64,000 bases of DNA. It comes from a virus. The stretch covers positions 37,218 to 101,217 of IMG/VR virus record IMGVR_UViG_3300029787_000003; one strand, 5' to 3'. The position numbers and the translations under genes were made by a program. A model generated the notes under the pieces. It was not told the DNA's origin and did no database searches. It saw only the letters and a program-made list of their open reading frames with translations. The number at the start of each line of letters is the position of its first letter. Within the stretch, counting starts at the first letter, position 1. Below are positions 53,527-61,300 of this stretch, piece by piece.

Positions 53527-53600
53527 AACCATTAGACCCCAAAGTCTACGAAGCCCTGCTTAAAGCAGAAAAACTAAAACGTCACCTAAAGGAGCATTAA
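53523..53600 (+). CDS. Micropeptide, 25 aa (MKPLDPKVYEALLKAEKLKRHLKEH)
   Basis: Hand translation; ATGA coupling; AGGAG Shine-Dalgarno. Confidence 0.45.
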   Translation: MKPLDPKVYEALLKAEKLKRHLKEH

Positions 53601-53602
53601 AC

Positions 53603-53749
53603 ATGACAGGAATTGAACTTTTCATATTGATTGGCGGCTGCTATGCATTATACACTGTAGGAGTGGCCATTGCAACCGAAATTGATTATAGATGTGCCAA
53701 TAAAACAACTGGCCCTAAACCAACTATTATAGTGAAAAAACCATTATAA
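53603..53749 (+). CDS. Small TM protein, 48 aa (MTGIELFILIGGCYALYTVG...)
   Basis: Hand translation; AGGAG Shine-Dalgarno. Confidence 0.55.
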   Translation: MTGIELFILIGGCYALYTVGVAIATEIDYRCANKTTGPKPTIIVKKPL

Positions 53750-53750
53750 T
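53694..53750 (+). promoter_or_regulatory. Palindrome-box promoter module 18
   Basis: GTGCCAA-TAAAACAA-CTGGCCC, 29 nt, TATAAT-AAGTATATA. Confidence 0.7.
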
Positions 53751-53779
53751 AAGTATATACAAAACAAGGATTAAAATCA

Positions 53780-54526
53780 ATGTTCAAAACAGACGGATCA
53801 GTTCACAACTCAGGCATTAAGAACGAACTAAACACAATCGACTTTCTAAATGAGACTGGCCTATTCGCTGAAGAGGTTAAGCACTTCGGAGGAACAAAGA
53901 GCAAAGCAGACGCAAAAGCAGGGGACGTTAATATTTCAATCAAGCATAAGAAGGGACTAAAGAATGGCTCCTTTGACTGGGTGAACACATCAAAGATTGA
54001 TGGCCTAGTAGATACAAAGGAGTTCGAAGACTTTATATTATTAACTAAGTTATACAGAGACACAGACCAAGCCGAGAAGCAGGTTGAAAACTTTCGCCAG
54101 TACTTCGCCAGCCACTGTTCAAACCAGTTGAACGCAATCAGCTCTGATGCACTCACCACATGGCTCAAGCAGGTCATGTTAGAAGAGAATCATGGCATGG
54201 TTATGGTTATTAATGATTCAGAGGCCAATAATATACACATGGTCAAAGAAGAGAATCTATTAACAGTTCAGTTACTGAAGCAGGGCTGGAAGGCCGAATT
54301 CAAGAGAGATTGGAAAGGGCAGAGCAGCCGTAAGGTTATATTAACCAACGGAACAGAGACAAAGGACACAGGCCTTAGACTTAGACTAACAAGCAACAAC
54401 GGAATTAAAGCATTTTTAGGCCTAAGCAAAGCCAATAAGAACTCACAGGTAGTTTTGAAATTACAACAGGATAACATCGCTGAACTACTCAACACAGCAA
54501 CAGACACAGCTACTATGCCTTATTAG
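53780..54526 (+). CDS. Putative PD-(D/E)xK restriction-endonuclease-like protein
   Basis: GGTKSKADAKAGDVNISIKHK resembles the (P)D...(D/E/S)xK active-site pattern. Confidence 0.5.
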   Translation: MFKTDGSVHNSGIKNELNTIDFLNETGLFAEEVKHFGGTKSKADAKAGDVNISIKHKKGLKNGSFDWVNTSKIDGLVDTKEFEDFILLTKLYRDTDQAEKQVENFRQYFASHCSNQLNAISSDALTTWLKQVMLEENHGMVMVINDSEANNIHMVKEENLLTVQLLKQGWKAEFKRDWKGQSSRKVILTNGTETKDTGLRLRLTSNNGIKAFLGLSKANKNSQVVLKLQQDNIAELLNTATDTATMPY

Positions 54527-54675
54527 TGTCTCAGACATATTATATGCGGTTGATCCCCCGTATATAAAAACCGAAAGAGACCCTAACCTACAAAGTGTTA
54601 CGGAAGCGAGATAAATGTTTCCTGTTATACAAAAATTTTTTCCCCTATATAAAAACATGTAAGGTCGTTTCATTA

Positions 54676-54849
54676 ATGCAAAAAAATTTCGGACATATTT
54701 TTTCGACCATAGAGGTCGATCCCGCAACTGGAGAGTATAAGATTATAATACCAGAAGCAGTTATCAATGAGATGGGATGGTTCGAAGATACAGAACTTAA
54801 ATGGAACTTGGTAGATAAAGAAGTAATATTAACCGAAGATACAGATTGA
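54676..54849 (+). CDS. AbrB/MazE/SpoVT-like small DNA-binding protein
   Basis: IIIPEAVINEMGWFEDTELKW swapped-hairpin pattern. Confidence 0.55.
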   Translation: MQKNFGHIFSTIEVDPATGEYKIIIPEAVINEMGWFEDTELKWNLVDKEVILTEDTD

Positions 54850-54878
54850 TTGACAACGACTATATAAGATGATATAAT
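54850..54878 (+). promoter_or_regulatory. Consensus sigma70 promoter
   Basis: TTGACA-17 nt-TATAAT. Confidence 0.85.
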
Positions 54879-54902
54879 TGGATTGAAAGGAATTTAATTT
54901 TT

Positions 54903-55661
54903 ATGGCTAAAGGATTCACGGTGAAGGCAAAAACACCGACTGCACAAAAGCAAGTGCAAGAATGGGATTATGATAGAGCTAAGCAGTTGGTAAAAGGGAA
55001 GGCAATAGTATTCTGTTTACCTGGCCGCGGAGTTTCATATCAGTACCTAAAGAGTTTCGTACAACTATGCTTCGACTTGGTTCAGGCTGGTGCAAGTATA
55101 CAGATATCTCAAGATTATTCATCAATGGTAAATTTCGCCCGTTGTAAATGTTTGGGTGCTAACGTACTCAGAGGGCCTAAGCAATTACCATGGGATGGAA
55201 AACTAAAATATGATTGGCAACTATGGATTGACTCAGATATAGTTTTTAATTCTGAGAAGTTCTTTCAGTTAGTCTTAATGGAAAAAGACTTAGCAGCAGG
55301 TTGGTATGCTACAGAGGATGGTAAAACAACTTCAGTTGCTCACTGGTTAGAAGAAGATGATTTCCGTAACAACGGTGGAGTCATGAATCATGAAACAGTT
55401 GAAAGTATGAGTAAGAGAAAGAAACCTTTTACAGTAGACTACACAGGTTTCGGATGGCTTCTTATTAAAAAGGGAGTATTTGAAAACGAAGGTATACCTT
55501 ATCCATGGTTTGCACCTAAGATGCAGGTCTTCGAAAGTGGCGAGGTACAAGACATGTGCGGTGAAGACGTTTCTTTCTGTCTTGATGCAAAAGAAGCAGG
55601 TTACGAAATCTGGTGCGATCCACGTGTACGTGTAGGACATGAGAAAACAAGAATCATATAG
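54903..55661 (+). CDS. Glycosyltransferase-like protein (GT-A fold), conserved in cyanophages
   Basis: VNFARCKC, LWIDSDI, GFGWLLIKKGVF, GEDVSFC, VRVGHEK. Confidence 0.75.
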   Translation: MAKGFTVKAKTPTAQKQVQEWDYDRAKQLVKGKAIVFCLPGRGVSYQYLKSFVQLCFDLVQAGASIQISQDYSSMVNFARCKCLGANVLRGPKQLPWDGKLKYDWQLWIDSDIVFNSEKFFQLVLMEKDLAAGWYATEDGKTTSVAHWLEEDDFRNNGGVMNHETVESMSKRKKPFTVDYTGFGWLLIKKGVFENEGIPYPWFAPKMQVFESGEVQDMCGEDVSFCLDAKEAGYEIWCDPRVRVGHEKTRII

Positions 55662-55803
55662 TATTCTCATAGGTGGTGAGGAGAAGTATTCGAATCTCAC
55701 ACAGAACGAATACTTTGATATGATGGAGGACTTAGCGATTGAATTCTACAAAACAGGTTCTCCACATCCTGATACAGTAAAAACTAAGATTAACAAGGAG
55801 TAA
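55639..55803 (+). CDS. Small protein, 54 aa (MRKQESYSIL...DLAIEFYKTGSP)
   Basis: Hand translation; AGGA Shine-Dalgarno. Confidence 0.55.
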   Translation: MRKQESYSILIGGEEKYSNLTQNEYFDMMEDLAIEFYKTGSPHPDTVKTKINKE

Positions 55804-55805
55804 TT

Positions 55806-55943
55806 ATGGCAGTTTATTCAAGTACGAACACGAGTAAGGAGGCAACACCCAAAAAAACTCGTCAAGGAAGCGGAAAACACTCAAAATATTCGGCAACATC
55901 CCGTAACTCGGCTCGTAAAAAGTACAGAGGACAAGGAAAATAA
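55806..55943 (+). CDS. Small highly basic protein, 45 aa (...KKTRQGSGKHSK...KKYRGQGK)
   Basis: Hand translation; AGGAG Shine-Dalgarno; followed by a terminator. Confidence 0.7.
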   Translation: MAVYSSTNTSKEATPKKTRQGSGKHSKYSATSRNSARKKYRGQGK

Positions 55944-55947
55944 CCGC

Positions 55948-55973
55948 AGTGTCTCGAAAGAGGCACTTTTTTT
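55948..55973 (+). terminator. Rho-independent terminator
   Basis: AGTGTCTC-GAAA-GAGGCACT followed by a T run. Confidence 0.85.
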
Positions 55974-55986
55974 ATGGGGAAACCAT

Positions 55987-55994
55987 TATAAATA
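55987..55994 (+). promoter_or_regulatory. T4 late promoter TATAAATA for gp25-gp6-gp7
   Basis: Exact match 18 nt upstream of gp25. Confidence 0.75.
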
Positions 55995-56012
55995 ATAAAA
56001 AACCTTTGTCTA

Positions 56013-56414
56013 ATGGCGATTAAGAGGGTATCTAGAGCATTTAAAGACATTTCATTGTCGTTTAAACCTCATCCTGTAACAGATGATTTACAAGTATTGA
56101 AGAATGAAGACGCAATTCGTCGTTCTGTAAGAAATATAGTACAAACAATTCCTACTGAAAGATTCTTTAATTCACTGTTAGGATCAGATGTCCAAAGAAG
56201 TCTATTTGAATTCGTTGATTTTGGTACTGCGTCTACTATAAGGCAGCAGATAGCCATTGCAATAGATAACTTTGAACCAAGAGTAGAAAACGTAACCGTT
56301 GCGGTAGACCCAAATCCAGAAGTTAACTCTTTTGATGTTACCGTTATCTTTGATATTATAGGACAAGAGTTTCCAACACAAGAATATTCATTCCTCTTAG
56401 AGGCAACAAGATAA
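56013..56414 (+). CDS. gp25: Baseplate wedge subunit gp25
   Basis: FKDISLSF..HPVT.D, AIRRSVRNIV.T...ERFF, NFEPRV. Confidence 0.92.
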   Translation: MAIKRVSRAFKDISLSFKPHPVTDDLQVLKNEDAIRRSVRNIVQTIPTERFFNSLLGSDVQRSLFEFVDFGTASTIRQQIAIAIDNFEPRVENVTVAVDPNPEVNSFDVTVIFDIIGQEFPTQEYSFLLEATR

Positions 56415-56415
56415 C

Positions 56416-58350
56416 ATGCCTTTCACTAAATTTACAGATCTTGATTTTGATCAAATAAAAACCTCAATTAAGTCATATCTCCGTGCAAATAGCAATTTTA
56501 CGGACTTTGACTTCGAAGGATCGAACTTTTCCGTCCTTATCGACACGTTAGCTTATAATACGTATATCACAGCATTCAACTCAAACATGGTTGTGAACGA
56601 ATCTTTCCTAGATTCAGCAACAGTTAGAGAAAATGTCGTCTCATTAGCAAGAAATATAGGTTATGTACCCCGTTCTAGGACGGCAGCCACAGCACAAGTA
56701 ACATTTGATGTAGGTCTAAACATAACTTCACTCAATTCAACCCCTATAGCGACTATAAGAGCAGGTTTAGTGTGTATAGGTGATGCTAACAACACCTCAT
56801 ATGTGTTCTCAACGTCCGAAGACATCTCTGCACCAGTAAGAGAACCATCTATAGGCACTTTTGTAGCAACGTTTGAAAATATTTTACTAAAAGAAGGCAC
56901 ATTTCTTAACAAAACCTTCACAGTTGATGGTTCATTAAGTCAAAGATTCATTTTAGACAACCCACATATTGATACTTCGACTATAAAAGTGTATGTTAAG
57001 GGGCCTAGTGACGCATCTGGGTCAGTTGGAATTGAATATTCACTAGTTTCTAACATTTTAGACGTAGATTCAGTCTCAGAAATCTTTTTAGTGCAAGAAG
57101 TACAAGATGAAAGGTATGAAGTAGTGTTTGGTGATGGAATAATTGGTAAAAAACTGGAAAATGGGTCTGTAGTTACTGTTCAATATATTATTACTGATGG
57201 AGAAGACGGAAATGGTATTGGAAATAATAATAGTTTCTCATTTGCAGGTAGAATTGTTAATGCAGCAGGGGGATCTATCACTCTAACATCAACTCCTAGT
57301 GTGGCTACCGTTGAGGCATCCACAAATGGGTCTGAAATAGAGTCTATTAGTTCAATTAAGTATTATGCACCTAGAATCTATTCCTCCCAATACAGGGCGG
57401 TTACACCTAGGGATTATGAGGCAATAATAAAGAAAATTTACCCAGATACTGAGTCAGTAGCAGTCGTTGGTGGTGAAGAAATGGATCCACCAGAGTTTGG
57501 TACTGTTACAATTAGTATTAAACCTAAGAATGGTACATATGTATCAGCATTTAACAAAACTAGGATTTTATCCCAATTAAAGCAATACGCTGTATCTGGT
57601 ATTAACCAAAAAATTGAAGATCTTAAAATACTATATGTGGAAATTGATTCTGCAGTGTATTTTGATGAAAATAAGGTCTCTACTTCATCTGCCCTTCAAA
57701 CAAAAGTCTCAAATACACTAACTGCATATTCAAATTCTGTAGATATGAATAAATTTGGTGGTAGATTCAAATATAGTAAAGTACAGCAAGTAATTGATAG
57801 TACAGATACTGCTATTACCTCTAATATTACCCGTGTACGTATTAGAAGGGATTTGAAGGCAGCAATTAACCAGTTTGCCCAATATGAACTATGTTTCGGT
57901 AACCAATTCCATGTAACCACAGCAGGAAAAAATATTAAGTCTACTGGGTTTACAATATCTAATAATATTAGAACTGTTTACCTTACAGATACTCCTAATT
58001 CAGATATGAAGACAGGTGTTATCTCTATCGTGGAAATATTAGACAATGGAACTGAAAATACTGTTATTGGTTCAGCTGGAACCGTAGATTATATAAAAGG
58101 AGAAATTCTTCTAAGTACAGTGAATATTACATCAACACTTGATAATAGTGGTGTTGTAGAAGTACAAGCAATTCCAGAATCTAATGATGTAGTTGGATTA
58201 AAAGAACTATACCTCAATTTTAGTCTTTCAAAAAGTACAATAAATATGATTAGGGATGTGATAAGTTCAGGTGATGAAATTACTGGAACTAGCTTTATTA
58301 AGGACTTCTATACTTCAAGTTATCTAAACGGAAAATTAATACGCGAGTAA
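56416..58350 (+). CDS. gp6: Baseplate wedge subunit gp6
   Basis: LDFDQIK, DFDFEGSN, ESFLDSAT.RENVVSLARNIGYVP, RAVTPRDY. Confidence 0.95.
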   Translation: MPFTKFTDLDFDQIKTSIKSYLRANSNFTDFDFEGSNFSVLIDTLAYNTYITAFNSNMVVNESFLDSATVRENVVSLARNIGYVPRSRTAATAQVTFDVGLNITSLNSTPIATIRAGLVCIGDANNTSYVFSTSEDISAPVREPSIGTFVATFENILLKEGTFLNKTFTVDGSLSQRFILDNPHIDTSTIKVYVKGPSDASGSVGIEYSLVSNILDVDSVSEIFLVQEVQDERYEVVFGDGIIGKKLENGSVVTVQYIITDGEDGNGIGNNNSFSFAGRIVNAAGGSITLTSTPSVATVEASTNGSEIESISSIKYYAPRIYSSQYRAVTPRDYEAIIKKIYPDTESVAVVGGEEMDPPEFGTVTISIKPKNGTYVSAFNKTRILSQLKQYAVSGINQKIEDLKILYVEIDSAVYFDENKVSTSSALQTKVSNTLTAYSNSVDMNKFGGRFKYSKVQQVIDSTDTAITSNITRVRIRRDLKAAINQFAQYELCFGNQFHVTTAGKNIKSTGFTISNNIRTVYLTDTPNSDMKTGVISIVEILDNGTENTVIGSAGTVDYIKGEILLSTVNITSTLDNSGVVEVQAIPESNDVVGLKELYLNFSLSKSTINMIRDVISSGDEITGTSFIKDFYTSSYLNGKLIRE

Positions 58351-58357
58351 TCAAAAT

Positions 58358-61300
58358 ATGATTCAAACTGGCTTTGAACCAAAAGTAAAGGTTCAACAAA
58401 TCATTGAAAATCAGCTGCCCGAATATGTATTGAGTGAAAGTCCTCGTGCAGTAGATTTTTTAAAGCAATATTATATTTCTCAAGAATATCAGGGAGGTAA
58501 TATTGACATCTCTGATAATTTAGATCAGTATTTAAAATTAGATAATTTAACCCCAGACGTTGTTATTGGATCAACAACTCTTTCTACTGGAATTACTACA
58601 AGTAGTGATACTATTCCTGTTTCTAGTACAAAGGGTTTTCCTAGTGAATGGGGTTTATTAAAGATTAATGATGAGATTATAACTTATACTGGAGTAACAA
58701 CTAATAGTTTTACTGGTGCTAAACGTGGTTTTAGTGGTATTACAAGTTATCATCAAGAATTAAATCAAGAAGACTTAACATTTTCCACTTCTAGTACTGC
58801 TGATCATTTATCAGGTACTTATGTACAAAACTTAAGTTCTCTATTTTTACAAGAATTTTATAAAAAACTTAAGTATTCTCTTACTCCAGGGTTAGAAAAT
58901 GTCGATTTTGATCCAAATTTGAATGCAGGTACGTTTATAAAAGAAGCAAGAGCATTATATAATGCTAAAGGAACAGATGAATCATTCAGAATTTTATTTA
59001 ATGCACTTTATAACGAAACTCCAAAAGTTGTAAATTTAGAAGAATATTTATTAAAACCATCTGCAGCGAATTATGTTAGAAGAGAAGTTGTAATTGCTGA
59101 GGCTCTTAGTGGTGATGTTACCAAATTAGCAGGTCAAACACTCTTCAAAACATCAGATGTTAATACTAGTGCTTCAATATCTGAGGTTGAAGGATTTAGT
59201 AGAGTTGGTGTTGCACTAACAACTATTCAAAATTACTATAAATTATCACTTTTCATTGGTTTTGATGACTCCGATTCTACAATTCAAGGTGATTTTGATA
59301 TTACACAAGCAACTAGATGTCTTGATAATGTAAGTATTGGTTCATCAGTCCTTAGTGTTGATTCAACTGTAGGGTTTGGCCAGACTGGAACTATAATATC
59401 TCTTGGTAATACATCTATTGATTACACAAGTAAGAGTGTTAACCAGTTCTTTGGATGCACTGGAATAGGTGTTTCTATTAAAAAATCAGATGAAATAAGA
59501 AGTAATAACACTTATTATGGTTATGAAGATGGAGATAGTACTAAAAAAGTAGAATTAAGACTTACTGGTGTACTTTCAGACTTTGAACAGATCTCTACAA
59601 ACCTGAATATTAATGAAGGTGAGACAATTTCAGTTAAAAATGTTGGAGACTTTATACAAAATCCAGCAACAAACGCAACATTTAAGCAAGTTTTTGCAAA
59701 TTCATGGATTTATAACACAAGTTGTAGATATTTCCTTGAAGGACAGTCATTTAACAGTGCAAGTACCTTTACTACTAAGTCAAAAATTGATAAATCTAGT
59801 CTAAAAAAGGGTGATATAGTTGAAGTTGTTCGTAATAGGTCAAATAATGTTGTAGCATTTAATAATGGAAACTTAGAAAGTTCAATTTTACAAATAACTG
59901 GTGATGATACTGTTCAATTATCAGATGCTTTATCTGTAGAAGGTGCAATTGACCTTAGAAGAAAACTAAATTATGCAAAAAGTACTGCAGTTCCTTTAGA
60001 AGTTGATAATATTATCACAGATACATCAAATTTATACATTAAAGATGAAACTGAAGCATATTATGCAGCAAATTCACTTCCATCTGGAAGAACTGGTGTT
60101 ACTACCGACTTTTTAAATGTTATAACCACTGATGTTAAGTCTGCAACAGCTAGTGGATTAGATAGTTTAGTACCAAATACATTAGATCAGTATAGTGTTG
60201 TTTCATTCCCATCTGCTGTTCCTTTCTTTACAGGTGATGAAATATATTATAAACCATCTGGTACTCATTATGTCGGATTAGAAACTGGCAGATATTACTG
60301 TGAGATTGTTTCTAGTGATAAAAAGAAGATTAGAGTATATGGATCTAGAGCATCTATTGAGAGTGCTACTTATATTCCATTAAAATCTGTTGCTGGTGAT
60401 CATAAGTTTATATTAAATTCTCAAAGATCAGAAGAAATAGCAGCACAAAAAACACTTAAGAAGTTTCCATTAACATCATCTTCAAATAGAGCAGATCAAA
60501 CATTAACAGAACCAGGTGCAACTGGTATGTTAATTAATGGTGTAGAGATTACTAACTATAAATCTGAAGATAAAGTTTATTATGGCCCATTAAAATCTGC
60601 AACTGTTGTTACTTCTGGTAACAATTATGATGTTGTTAGGCCACCAAATATACATATTAGTTCTGGTGTAGGTACAGATGCTTTAGTGCAACCAGTAGTA
60701 CAAGGTTCTGTTACTAAAGTCTTTATTGATCCTCAAGGATTTGATATTACAGAAGTTCAAAGTATTGATGTTCTTGGTGGTAATGGGACTGCAGTTCTTG
60801 AACCAATAATTATTCGTAAATCAAGAGAAATTGAATTTGATGGTAGACAAACAGTTTTTGCTGGTGGAGTTGATGAAACTGCTAATACTATTACATTCTT
60901 AACTAGTCATAATTTACAAAATGCTCAGGAAGTAATCTATAAATCCAATGGGAATGAAGGTATCGGTGTTGGGGTTGGAACCGCTACTCTAGTTAATAAT
61001 GGTTCTTACTTTGTAGAAGTAATTAATAATAGAGCAATTAAATTATATGAAAGTGCTTTAAGTGCTATTAATAAAACTAATGTAGTTGGTTTAGGTGTTT
61101 CTAATACTGCTGGTACACATAAATTTTCTACTTTACCTAATCAAAAATCAGTTGGTGCTATTGAAGTTATAGATGGTGGAACATTAACTAATAGAAAATT
61201 ATATGTTAAACCTACAGGAATTTCTACACAATACAATAAAGTAATATTTGAAAATCATGGATTTAGTAATGGTGATATAGTTGAATATACAACTGCTGCA

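Noticed and set aside
33142-53750. Promoter cassettes as a CRISPR array or integron attC sites
   Set aside because: Copies are degenerate, separated by whole genes, tied to -10 boxes, lack the RYYYAAC/GTTRRRY cores, and no integrase is present in the window
54527-54675. Non-coding boundary with TATATAAAAA x2 as a special element
   Set aside because: No clear stem, promoter geometry or repeat structure that I can support from this sequence alone
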